Positions 45,981-55,195 of a stretch of DNA of 64,000 nucleotides are shown here, piece by piece. The notes beneath the pieces are model-generated. The model ran no database searches. It was not told the DNA's origin and saw only the letters and a program-made list of their open reading frames with translations. Positions within the stretch are counted from its first letter, which is position 1, and each line of letters opens with the position of its first letter. The position numbers and the translations under genes are program-made. This DNA is from Candidatus Parcubacteria bacterium. Lineage in GTDB: Bacteria > Patescibacteriota > Minisyncoccia > Phycocordibacterales > UBA2100. The stretch is from assembly GCA_041168925.1 (NCBI GenBank), contig JBEEJY010000005.1, positions 2,957-66,956 on the forward strand. The letters run 5' to 3'.

Positions 45981-46636
45981 AGAGACTGTATTATACCAAT
46001 CATTTCAGTAAGGCTGTCGATCAGGAAATCGGGCTTTGCGTCTTTCAGCCGTCGAGCGGCGTAGTAACCGCCGGTGATGGAGACGCAGCGCACGCCGGCC
46101 GCACGAGCGGCTTCGATTTCTTCGGGCGAATCGCCGATGATGAGAATTTCGCTCCTTCGATACGGTGAGTTTCGTACAAGTCGCAGGAATTTTTCCGCCT
46201 TATTCTTGCGAAGCATCGTCGTATGCTTGTCATTGGCGATGATACGGGAGAAATATCGACCGATCCCGAGACGTTCGAGTTGGTTCGTAATGCCTTCCAT
46301 CGTATGATTGCTCAAGATGATCGCTTCGACCTTCCGCTTCTCGAGGAAGGCGAGAAGCCTGCGCGCCCCGATGCGCGTGCGGACTTTCGCGATGCGCGGT
46401 TCGTACAGACGATGGAACATCTCTTGTATCTTTATGGCATCGCGAGCCATTTGCGTTTTGGTAAACCCCGATGCAAGAAAGAAATCTATGACCGGCATCG
46501 TGAACGTCTCGCGATACGTTTTCATATCGAGCGGCTTGTGGCCGAACGCCTTGAACACTTTTCGATCGACGGCAACCGTCGCCTGCGCATCCGCAATGAG
46601 TACTCCATTCCAGTCAAAGACGACAAGTTTTATCAT
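45977..46636 (-). CDS. HAD-IA family hydrolase
   Basis: Motif I VVFDWNGVL; the C-terminal LIIGDS is motif IV. Embedded in the pur operon. Confidence 0.7.
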   Translation of the reverse strand: MIKLVVFDWNGVLIADAQATVAVDRKVFKAFGHKPLDMKTYRETFTMPVIDFFLASGFTKTQMARDAIKIQEMFHRLYEPRIAKVRTRIGARRLLAFLEKRKVEAIILSNHTMEGITNQLERLGIGRYFSRIIANDKHTTMLRKNKAEKFLRLVRNSPYRRSEILIIGDSPEEIEAARAAGVRCVSITGGYYAARRLKDAKPDFLIDSLTEMIGIIQSL

Positions 46637-47406
46637 GCGAAGTATTCGACGGCGTTTTTAAACAACTGCAATCCAGGACCATCGACCGGCATTCTTTTCC
46701 CGTTGCGCACATACTCCTCCTTGAGCCAGGTCCAGTGCGGGAGTTGCGTGAAGCGCACCGCTCGCTCCGGGTGCGGCATTAGTCCGAGCACGCGGCCGTT
46801 GCGCGCGGTGATGCCTGCGATGTTTTCGAGCGAGCCGTTGGGATTCGCGGGAATATCGAAGTGTTTTGCAGTTTCGCCTTCGACGTACCGGAGCGCGATA
46901 CGCCCGTCATCTCTCAACCCGTCAAGCGTTCCTTTCGGCGCATAGTACTTACCCTCGCCATGTGCGATAGGGACGCTCAACGTCTTTATCCCCTTCAGCC
47001 ACGGACTATCGCCCACGACCTCGAGATCAACCCAACGGTCGATATAACGCGCAGAATCGTTGGCGATGAGCGCGCCCGGCAAAATGCCTGCACTCGTGAT
47101 TATTTGAAATCCGTTGCAGATGCCGATGAGCAGCGTATCGCGCTCCAGGAAAGCGTCGAGTTCTTTGCCCAGGTGTTGCTTTACGCGATTTCCGTATGCT
47201 TTACCGCTCCCCGTGTCATCACCGTAGGAGAACCCGCCTGGAAAAACCGCGACATCCGCCTTTTTGAGGATCGCGGGCTCGGCGATGACCTCGTTGAGAT
47301 GCATGATGTCGGCCGTCGCGCCGATTTGCTCGAAAACGGCTTTCGTCTCATCCTCCGTATTGAGGCCGTAGCCGGAAAATATGACGACGTATGGTTTCTT
47401 TTTCAT
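46633..47406 (-). CDS. purQ: Phosphoribosylformylglycinamidine synthase glutaminase subunit
   Basis: GATase class I with the GICNGFQ cysteine and HPE near the C-terminus. Confidence 0.85.
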   Translation of the reverse strand: MKKKPYVVIFSGYGLNTEDETKAVFEQIGATADIMHLNEVIAEPAILKKADVAVFPGGFSYGDDTGSGKAYGNRVKQHLGKELDAFLERDTLLIGICNGFQIITSAGILPGALIANDSARYIDRWVDLEVVGDSPWLKGIKTLSVPIAHGEGKYYAPKGTLDGLRDDGRIALRYVEGETAKHFDIPANPNGSLENIAGITARNGRVLGLMPHPERAVRFTQLPHWTWLKEEYVRNGKRMPVDGPGLQLFKNAVEYFA

Positions 47407-47407
47407 A

Positions 47408-50332
47408 TCACCATTCTTTGAAAAACGAGCGGTGCGCGTTCGTCAGTTGGGAAAGCGAGACTTCGACTTCTTGTCCTGGAAGTTTGATGGAAACAGAAGC
47501 GGCTTGCACGACCTCGCCGATATTGGCGAGCGGAATGCCCTTGAGTAGTTTCTCGAATTCTTTCTGTGCATCGCGACGCACGGAAACGAGCACGCGGCCT
47601 TGGGATTCGGAAAAGAGGGTCGCACCCGCGGTTTTTGCCATGCCCGGCAAGCTTTCAAGGTTTACCCGCGCACCGAGTTTTCCTGCTATTGCAGACTTCG
47701 CGAGTGCGACCGCAAGACCGCCGCGACCGACGCCAAGCGCCGAGGCTACGAGACCTTTTTCGATGGCTGTGGTCAATGCGTCATATGCCTTTGCATTCTT
47801 CTTCGCATCAACTCTTGGTACGTCTCCTCTCTGCTCGCCAAGCATCGAATAATATTCCGAGGCGCCCAGCTCATCATTAGTTTCGCCAACAAGATACATA
47901 AGATCGCCGACACGCTTGAGATCGAGTGTGACCGCTTTCTCTACGTCGGGGATTACGCCGATGGCCGAAATGAGCAGCGTCGGCAATGCGGCGATGTGAG
48001 TGTCATTCCCGCTCGCGTCGAAGCCGCGGAAATCGTTGAACATGCTGTCTTTGCCGGAGATGAATGGCGTTCCATACGCGATTGCCGTGTCGTAGCATGC
48101 GCGCGCCGCCTCCTTCAGCTCGTACAAGCGATCAGGTTCTTCCGATGAGGACCAGCAGAAATTGTCGAGAATGGCCAGATACTTTCGCGAGGCTCCGGCG
48201 CACACCGCATTGCGAATAGCGGTATCGATGGCTGCGGCCGCCATCGCATAGGAGTCGATCCGCGAATACCACGGCGTATTGCCGTGCGAGAGCACGACGC
48301 CTTTATTCGAGTCTGGGACCGGCCGTATGATCGCCGCGTCGGCGTTCACCCGACCCCTGCCCTGCAGCGGTTTGGTGACAGAAGAGCCCTGGACTTCATG
48401 GTCATATTGATCGGAAATGAACGCGATCGAGCCGATGCCGGGGCGCGCAAGCAATTCCAGTAACGTCCGACCGAGGTCGGCGTTGCGCACCTCTTCCGGC
48501 GGGTTCTTCAGAGATCTTCCGGTCTTGGCACTTTTCTGCGGCTCTATCGGTCGGCCGTCATGCAAGAATCCGAGCGAAACATTCATGACCTCACACCCGC
48601 CATGGCGAACGATGACTCGGCCGGATTTCGTAAAAGTTCCGATCACGGTGGCCTCGACGTCGTGTCGATCGAAAATCGCCTTCAATTTTCTCCATTTCGC
48701 CTTCGGTACCGCGAGTGTCATCCTCTCTTGCGATTCTGAAAGCCATATTTGCCATGGCGAGAGTCCCGGGTACTTGAGCGGTACTTTTTCGAGCTCGACT
48801 TCGCATCCGCCCGCTTCGCGCGACATCTCGCCGACTGAGCCGCTGAGCCCTCCTGCTCCGTCGTCGGTGATGCTCGAATAGAGTCCCGCATCGCGCGCTT
48901 CGCGGATAAGCGCATCGGAGAATTTCTTTTGGGTGATCGGATCGCCGATCTGTACCGCGCTCGCCGGCGAGCCCGCGGAGAGCGATTCGGAGGAAAAAGT
49001 CGCGCCGTGGATGCCGTCGAGGCCCACGCGTCCGCCGATCATGACGATGTGATCTCCCGGTCTCGCTCTTTTCTCGTACAGTTTGCGCGCGCCGCGCTTT
49101 CGCGGGATAAGACCGACCGTACCGCCGAACACGAGCGGCTTGCCGCGGAAGCTCGGATCGACCGCGACGAAACCGATCGGTGTGGGAATTCCGCTTTGGT
49201 TGCCACCTGCGTTGATGCCTTTCACGACACCTTCGAGAATGCGGCGCGCCGGCAAAAGGGGCTGCTGTTTTCCTTTATCGCGAAATAATTCTTTTTGATC
49301 GTTCGGGTCAGCGACACAAAATCCGTACGTGTTAGCGATGGGTTTCGCGCCAAGCCCGAATCCTAAGCAATCGCGATTGACGCCGACGATGGCGGTGACC
49401 GAGCCGCCGAAGGGATCGAGGCCGGAGGGGGAATTGTGCGTCTCGACCTTGTGCGTGACGAGATAGTCCTTGTCGAATGCGATAGCGCCGGCATTATCTT
49501 TGAAGACGGAAACGCAGAAATCTTTCTTTCCTTTCGTCTTCCGGATCTTTTCAGTCGCGCCCTTGATGTAACGTCGATAGATACCATCCGAGATCTCATC
49601 GAGCGGATCGTTGAATATCGTGTGTTTGCAGTGCTCCGACCAGGTCTGCGCGAGCGATTCGAGCTCGACATCGGTCGGATTTCGACCTTGAGTTTTAAAA
49701 TGATCTCGAATCGCTTTCATCGAGCGAAGCGAGAGCGCGAGCGGTCCGCGCCCTTTGATACCTTCTCTGCTCATCTTCTGCAATTGCTCGTCGGATACAT
49801 CGAGATCGACTTCGTCGGCATGAGGTGCCCTTCCGTTCAGATGCACTTTCGGAACGACGACAGGCACCTTCTCGCCGGGAGCGAACACGCGAGCCCGCTC
49901 GATGAGCGGATTGTGCAGTTCGCGTGCGAACGTCCTTGCGTCTTCTGGCGAAACGCCCGTGAGGAACAAAAGCATCGAGGAATACACGGCATCGCCTTCT
50001 TTAAATTTCCTGCCGATACAATCTTCTGTCGTTTCTTTCGCCGTGCGCCCCGTGTTGTCGGTAACGCCGGGGAGAAACCCTATCTCGATAGCGCAATCAG
50101 GCGATATCGGGGCGAGCACCTCATTGAGGGAGTAGGTTTCGGTGAGCGGGTTCGCGAGCCGCTGTGCGGATTTTTCCATCTCCTCCGGAGTAAGTTCGGC
50201 GTCCACCGTATAGATAGAAACGACGAAAGCGGCCTGTATGCCGCTTTTGGGGAACACTGTTTTCAAACGATGGAGCAGGCTTTTTGCGCGCGCGTCTTCG
50301 ATTTTTGCCGATATCGCAATGCGGGCCGTCAT
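47408..50332 (-). CDS. purL: FGAM synthase large subunit with a fused N-terminal PurS-like domain (PurSL)
   Basis: 974 aa. An N-terminal roughly 80-aa PurS-like region precedes duplicated PurM-like domains. Confidence 0.9.
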   Translation of the reverse strand: MTARIAISAKIEDARAKSLLHRLKTVFPKSGIQAAFVVSIYTVDAELTPEEMEKSAQRLANPLTETYSLNEVLAPISPDCAIEIGFLPGVTDNTGRTAKETTEDCIGRKFKEGDAVYSSMLLFLTGVSPEDARTFARELHNPLIERARVFAPGEKVPVVVPKVHLNGRAPHADEVDLDVSDEQLQKMSREGIKGRGPLALSLRSMKAIRDHFKTQGRNPTDVELESLAQTWSEHCKHTIFNDPLDEISDGIYRRYIKGATEKIRKTKGKKDFCVSVFKDNAGAIAFDKDYLVTHKVETHNSPSGLDPFGGSVTAIVGVNRDCLGFGLGAKPIANTYGFCVADPNDQKELFRDKGKQQPLLPARRILEGVVKGINAGGNQSGIPTPIGFVAVDPSFRGKPLVFGGTVGLIPRKRGARKLYEKRARPGDHIVMIGGRVGLDGIHGATFSSESLSAGSPASAVQIGDPITQKKFSDALIREARDAGLYSSITDDGAGGLSGSVGEMSREAGGCEVELEKVPLKYPGLSPWQIWLSESQERMTLAVPKAKWRKLKAIFDRHDVEATVIGTFTKSGRVIVRHGGCEVMNVSLGFLHDGRPIEPQKSAKTGRSLKNPPEEVRNADLGRTLLELLARPGIGSIAFISDQYDHEVQGSSVTKPLQGRGRVNADAAIIRPVPDSNKGVVLSHGNTPWYSRIDSYAMAAAAIDTAIRNAVCAGASRKYLAILDNFCWSSSEEPDRLYELKEAARACYDTAIAYGTPFISGKDSMFNDFRGFDASGNDTHIAALPTLLISAIGVIPDVEKAVTLDLKRVGDLMYLVGETNDELGASEYYSMLGEQRGDVPRVDAKKNAKAYDALTTAIEKGLVASALGVGRGGLAVALAKSAIAGKLGARVNLESLPGMAKTAGATLFSESQGRVLVSVRRDAQKEFEKLLKGIPLANIGEVVQAASVSIKLPGQEVEVSLSQLTNAHRSFFKEW

Positions 50333-50384
50333 GCACCATCATACTAGCATTGAACCTTGCGGTCAAGTCTGGCACTATTTCCCG

Positions 50385-51392
50385 ATGAGGCGGCCAGAGC
50401 ATCTCGTATTGGGAAGCATCTTGAAGAAGCTCGCGCCGGCATACGGAGCACAGGTGCATATCGAGCCTGAATGGAAAGTCGCGGGCCAGATCGTCTTTCC
50501 GAGCGGCAAGAAAAGCTACTTCCGTTACAACACCCTGGATTTGAACCCGGTCGGCGCCGCCGATATCGCGAAAGACAAAGACTATGCGGCTTTTTTCATG
50601 CGAAAGATGGGATACCCCGCCATTCCTGGTAAGACCTTCTTTCGAAAGGATTGGGCGAAAAAAATCCGCTCGAATCGCGACATCGACGCGGCCTATCGCT
50701 ATGCGAAGCGGCAGCGCTTTCCCATCGTCGTGAAGCCCAATAGCGGAAGCCAAGGTAGCGACGTGTTTTTCGTGCATGGCAAGCGCGAATTGTATCCCGC
50801 GATTCGATCGATCTTCAAAAACGATCGCGTCGCGCTGATCCAGCGGCCGGTGCGCGGACGCGATTATCGCATCGTGGTACTCGATAATACGGTGATCTCC
50901 GCCTACGAGCGCATACCGCTCTTCGTCATCGGAGATGGACGATCGGATATCCGCGCGCTGCTGAGAAGGAAGCAAAAACAATTCCGCCGTTTTGGCCGCG
51001 ACACGCGCATCGACCTCGACGATATCCGTATCTCGCGCAAACTCGGCCTGCAGCAGCTCGCGCTCCGCTCCGTCCCGGAACGCGGCGAGCGGATCTTTTT
51101 GCTCGATCACGCGAATCTTTCCGCGGGCGGAGAGGCTCTCGACGTGACAAAGCCGATCCATCCTGATTTCAAGAAGCTCGCGATCCGCCTCACGAAAGAC
51201 ATGGGTTTGAGATTGTGCGGTGTTGACCTTATCGTCGCGGGCGATATAAGGCAAAAGCCGAAAAAATTCTGGATACTCGAGATCAACGCCGCGCCGGGCC
51301 TCGATCACTACGTAAAGAGCGGCCCGCAGCAGCAAAAAATCGTCGAGAATTTATACCTGAAAGTGCTCAAGAGTTTGAGCAAGGATAGATGA
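50385..51392 (+). CDS. Standalone ATP-grasp protein resembling the N-terminal (glutamate-ligase-like) half of cyanophycin synthetase
   Basis: VVKPNSGSQGSDV...VIGDGRSDIRALL...SVPERGERIFL...ANLSAGGEALDVT...ILEINAAPGL. About 335 aa, with no Mur-ligase half. Confidence 0.65.
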   Translation: MRRPEHLVLGSILKKLAPAYGAQVHIEPEWKVAGQIVFPSGKKSYFRYNTLDLNPVGAADIAKDKDYAAFFMRKMGYPAIPGKTFFRKDWAKKIRSNRDIDAAYRYAKRQRFPIVVKPNSGSQGSDVFFVHGKRELYPAIRSIFKNDRVALIQRPVRGRDYRIVVLDNTVISAYERIPLFVIGDGRSDIRALLRRKQKQFRRFGRDTRIDLDDIRISRKLGLQQLALRSVPERGERIFLLDHANLSAGGEALDVTKPIHPDFKKLAIRLTKDMGLRLCGVDLIVAGDIRQKPKKFWILEINAAPGLDHYVKSGPQQQKIVENLYLKVLKSLSKDR

Positions 51393-51545
51393 GCAAGAAT
51401 AGGTTGACAGCGCGCGTCAGGAGTGGTTACATTTTGCCTTAGTGCCGTCGCCGCGCGGCTATGAGAAAAAGCGGCAATCGCAATCTGCAGTAATATCTGC
51501 AGCTATCACAACCGCCCTTGAGGCACCGATAGAAGGATAACGATC

Positions 51546-52277
51546 ATGGCGTCAGACGTAGTGAGATTTGCACTGAGTAGCGACACTTCTCCAACATCCG
51601 TTAAACAAACTACCGAGGATGGCTTCCGCAATCTATGGGAAGGCCTCGGAACGTTGGAACGCGAGATGACGCCGCCGCGCAAGTTCCGCGTCGTCTTATT
51701 CGGGAGTGCTCGCGTTCTGAAAACCGACCCCGTCTATGCGAAATACAGGCAGCTCGGTTTCGAAATCGGACGTCGTCGAATCGGAGGCGTTACCGGTGGC
51801 GGACCAAGCCTTATGGAGGCCTTCAACGAAGGTATCGTAGCGGGCTGGGCCTCAATAGGTGAACAGCAGGGTTTCAGCCACGGAGTGTGCATCCAACAAA
51901 TCAATCGCGATGAACCGCCGAACAGCTACCTTCGGCAGGCCTATCAACACAAGCACGTCCTCACGAGACTGCATCAATTCGTCCGACTAGGGTATTGGGG
52001 CGCGATAATCCTTGCCGAGAAGGGCGGTTACGGCTCCGATCTCGAAAAGGCAATCATGCACCAGTTGCTGCAGTTTGGCCAACTGAATGTTCCGCTGATC
52101 GGAGTCGGTCCGATGTGGGCGGAGCGCAAGGCGTGGGAGAAGAAGTGGATTATCGACCAGGGTCTGGCGGATGCCCGCGATGCCGACTTCCTGCAATGTG
52201 TGCCGGAGGCGATGGACGCGCTGCCAATCGTGTTCGAAGCCCACGCACGATATAAAGCCGCGAAGGCCGTGGGCTGA
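51546..52277 (+). CDS. LOG family protein (TIGR00730-type, lysine-decarboxylase-like cytokinin riboside 5'-monophosphate phosphoribohydrolase fold)
   Basis: Motif GGVTGGGPSLMEA, plus the second motif EKGGYGSDLE. Confidence 0.75.
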   Translation: MASDVVRFALSSDTSPTSVKQTTEDGFRNLWEGLGTLEREMTPPRKFRVVLFGSARVLKTDPVYAKYRQLGFEIGRRRIGGVTGGGPSLMEAFNEGIVAGWASIGEQQGFSHGVCIQQINRDEPPNSYLRQAYQHKHVLTRLHQFVRLGYWGAIILAEKGGYGSDLEKAIMHQLLQFGQLNVPLIGVGPMWAERKAWEKKWIIDQGLADARDADFLQCVPEAMDALPIVFEAHARYKAAKAVG

Positions 52278-52317
52278 CTGCGGTCGCCAATTTATCGGCA
52301 AAATCTGGACGCGAACC

Positions 52318-52375
52318 CCGGAGAATCCTGCACGGATTCCCGGGGTCACTTATTTTGATTTTTTTTATTTGAAAC
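52318..52375 (+). terminator. Rho-independent terminator: imperfect 13-bp stem, then TCACTTATTTTGATTTTTTTTATTT
   Basis: Seen in the sequence, 3' of the LOG gene. Confidence 0.5.
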
Positions 52376-52439
52376 TACGCTTTGGCAAGATCGCCGCGAG
52401 CGGGTATAAATCATGCAGGTGTAAGAGGAGGAACGAGCG

Positions 52440-52847
52440 ATGAAGATCTTCACTGCCGCGCTTGTCGTGCTTTCGATTCTCTTGGCTGGAATGTGGTGGA
52501 CAGGCAACGTGACTTTTTTCGTTACGAAGCCGAAGCCGGCCTATGAGCTTTCGCCGTCGCAGTTGCACGAACGCGGAATGAGCTCGACGCACTACGAATC
52601 GACCGCGTATGTGGGAATGTTCCCTCTCGTCAGCGACGGCGTCATAGTGCTCGGCAAGACAAGAAAGGTGGTGTTCAAAAATTCGGTCGGCTGGCATCTC
52701 GAGGCGCTCGTGACGTGCGAGAGGCCGCAGATCGAGGATAGGACGGCGCGCATCTACCAGCGCGTGAACTACCTGACCGGACATCTCACCTATTACGTCG
52801 TCTGCGACGTCAAACCGACTCTCACCCGGCGCATTGGCCCCGGGTGA
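52440..52847 (+). CDS. Hypothetical membrane-anchored protein (135 aa)
   Basis: Perfect AGGAGG ribosome-binding site and an N-terminal TM helix. Confidence 0.45.
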   Translation: MKIFTAALVVLSILLAGMWWTGNVTFFVTKPKPAYELSPSQLHERGMSSTHYESTAYVGMFPLVSDGVIVLGKTRKVVFKNSVGWHLEALVTCERPQIEDRTARIYQRVNYLTGHLTYYVVCDVKPTLTRRIGPG

Positions 52848-52893
52848 TTTTTTATTGCGGCTAGCGAGGAGCGAAGACGCAAAAAAGGTTCAA

Positions 52894-53391
52894 TTATCCG
52901 CGTTCGAGGTCGATCCAGTGATACGCGAGGCCATCCCATTCCCGCGCCTCTTCAAATACTTTTTTGGTAAATTCTTGTTCGTAGGGCGGGAAAAAAGAAT
53001 CCGCTTCCGGGTCTTCGGCGTCGATGAGCGTGAGGTACAGTTTGTCCAATCGCGGCATAGACGCTTCAAAAATTTGTGCGCCGCCGATAATAAACGCCTC
53101 GTCCGACTCCGCCGCTTTTCCCTTCTCGATTGCCTCTTCGACGGAGTAGACGACCAAGACGCCTTCATGGGCGAACTTCTCATCCCGGGTGACCACGATA
53201 TTCGGACGGTCCACAAGAGGCCTGCCTCTGTAGACGATGATCGAATCAAAGGTCTTGCGCCCCATGATGACCGGGTGACCGAGCGTGAGCTGCCGCAGGC
53301 GTTTGAGGTCGTCGGGGATTTTCCAAATCAGCTTGTTGTCTTTGCCAAGCTCTCTATTCCTCCCAATTGCCGCGATTGCCGACACTTTCAT
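52894..53391 (-). CDS. folA: Dihydrofolate reductase
   Basis: MKVSAIAAIGRNRELG...PVIMGRKTF...LIDAE pattern. 165 aa. Confidence 0.85.
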   Translation of the reverse strand: MKVSAIAAIGRNRELGKDNKLIWKIPDDLKRLRQLTLGHPVIMGRKTFDSIIVYRGRPLVDRPNIVVTRDEKFAHEGVLVVYSVEEAIEKGKAAESDEAFIIGGAQIFEASMPRLDKLYLTLIDAEDPEADSFFPPYEQEFTKKVFEEAREWDGLAYHWIDLERG

Positions 53392-53455
53392 ACCGCGACT
53401 GTATCATAAAAACGGCGGGTCACCCGATCACGGATGACCCTGCACGCCACATTCG

Positions 53456-53842
53456 TCACGCCCCCACCTCGCTGCCAGCCTCGTCGGCTTGCTTGAGAAG
53501 ACCGGTATCGGAATCGTCGGCTGGCGACGGCACTGGGTCGATCCGCAATCTGCGCTTGAGATGCTGGAGATGGCTCATGCCCTCCAATAGCTCGGCTGCA
53601 TATTCAGGATGCCTGCGCGCGACCTCGAACAAGACACGCAACTGAATCCGCGCCGCGACCGTATTGCCGTTTTTGACGGCGTTGAGGGAATCCCTTCCTT
53701 CTTCAAACCGGGGATCCATGCCGCGTGCGTCTCGGGCAACAGCGGCGTCAACGATGTCGTCGAACAACGTGTCGCCCTTGCCTGCTTCGAGAGCTCGGCG
53801 CAATTCGAGGATATTGATAGTCTGACCACTTTCGCTGCCCAT
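53456..53842 (-). CDS. Hypothetical protein (128 aa) with an acidic C-terminus
   Basis: Strong GGGAGG ribosome-binding site 8 nt upstream. No domain recognised. Confidence 0.45.
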   Translation of the reverse strand: MGSESGQTINILELRRALEAGKGDTLFDDIVDAAVARDARGMDPRFEEGRDSLNAVKNGNTVAARIQLRVLFEVARRHPEYAAELLEGMSHLQHLKRRLRIDPVPSPADDSDTGLLKQADEAGSEVGA

Positions 53843-53937
53843 TGTTGAGCCTCCCTAGATAAAGGGCATGAGGCTCATGCCCGCCACCATGTAAGCATAC
53901 TGTGAGGGGGCGTCAACGTCGACTATAATACGAACCT

Positions 53938-54612
53938 ATGCAATCGTACGAGGTTGAGATTAAATCGCTTCTGGGAACGTCTGACCGAGTCAATGAGGTT
54001 AGGGAAAAAATGATGGCCTCCGATCTATCGTGCAAGCTCATTTCCAGAAACAAACAATTGAATCACTACTTCGAGAGCGGCTCGCTCGAGAAGCTCGCCA
54101 CGGTCCTCGCACCATACCTCTCTCGTGAGGCCGCATCAAAACTGCATGACCTGGCAAAACGTGCTAAGCATTTTTCCGTGCGGACGCGCGAGAAAGAAGA
54201 CGCGGTATTGATAGTGGTGAAAGTCTCCATCGACGACACGACGAGCGAGAATGGCATCTCAAGGCTTGAGTACGAGGAACAAGTACGGCTTAGCCTTGAG
54301 GAGCTCGACAATCTCGTGCTTTCAGCCGGATTTTCATTCCAGGCAAAGTGGTCACGGGAGCGCGAAGAGTACGTATGCAAAGGAGTGAATGTGACACTGG
54401 ATAAAAATGCCGGCTATGGTTGGCTCGCGGAATTCGAGCGTGTAGTTGACGACGAAAAAAAAGTTGCCGAAGCAAATCGGACGGTCCGTAATCTCATGCA
54501 GGAGCTCGGTGTTGAGGAGCTCCCCCAAGACCGCCTCGAGCGAATGTTCGCCCACTACAATGCCCACTGGCCGGAGTACTATGGGACGGACAAGGTTTTT
54601 GTGATTGAATAG
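53938..54612 (+). CDS. CYTH domain (triphosphate tunnel metalloenzyme / CyaB-like) protein
   Basis: N-terminal EVEIK (ExExK) signature. 224 aa. Confidence 0.7.
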   Translation: MQSYEVEIKSLLGTSDRVNEVREKMMASDLSCKLISRNKQLNHYFESGSLEKLATVLAPYLSREAASKLHDLAKRAKHFSVRTREKEDAVLIVVKVSIDDTTSENGISRLEYEEQVRLSLEELDNLVLSAGFSFQAKWSREREEYVCKGVNVTLDKNAGYGWLAEFERVVDDEKKVAEANRTVRNLMQELGVEELPQDRLERMFAHYNAHWPEYYGTDKVFVIE

Positions 54613-55186
54613 CGGTATGTTTCTTTCCGACATCGACATCAAAAAAGCGATACTGGGTGGCGAGATCGTGCTTGAACCGTTCGATGAAGCCCGTCTGCAA
54701 GCCGCAAGCTATGACATCTGCCTCGGCAACAAGTTCGTGTTGAACGAAGAAAGCTCGACCCATATCATCGACCCTGCAAAAAAGATTTACGCGAAAACTC
54801 GTGAGATCGTAAAAAAGGATGGTGAGGAGTTCGTCCTGCACCCCGGTATTTCGGTGCTCGGCACGTCTAAAGAATACTTCGGTTCGGATTACTATCTCGT
54901 GCAGGTCGGTGGCAAGTCATCGCTCGCACGCGTAGGTCTCATGATCCACAACACGGCAGGCATCATCAATCCCGGCCACTTCCTCAACATCACCTTCGAG
55001 ATCACCAACCAAAACAATGTCCCGATCATCATCCGCCCAGGCATGGAGATCGCGCAAATCACCTTCTCAAAGCTCTCCTCCCCTCCGAAGCGTAACTACC
55101 GAAAAACTGGTCGTTTTGCAAAAGACAATTGGAAGCACTTCGTACCTGCCAAGCGCAAAAAAGCACCAAGGAGTAAGACGCGCTAG
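54605..55186 (+). CDS. dcd: dCTP deaminase (dUTPase superfamily), housekeeping size
   Basis: 193 aa. ASYDICLGN and IINPGHF motifs. Confidence 0.85.
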   Translation: MNSGMFLSDIDIKKAILGGEIVLEPFDEARLQAASYDICLGNKFVLNEESSTHIIDPAKKIYAKTREIVKKDGEEFVLHPGISVLGTSKEYFGSDYYLVQVGGKSSLARVGLMIHNTAGIINPGHFLNITFEITNQNNVPIIIRPGMEIAQITFSKLSSPPKRNYRKTGRFAKDNWKHFVPAKRKKAPRSKTR

Positions 55187-55195
55187 AATACCGAT

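Noticed and set aside
54605-55186. dCTP deaminase as an anti-phage nucleotide-depletion defence gene
   Set aside because: It is housekeeping length (193 aa) and lacks the N-terminal kinase-like sensor domain of defensive dCTP deaminases. It is embedded in the thyA-tmk-folA pathway cluster.
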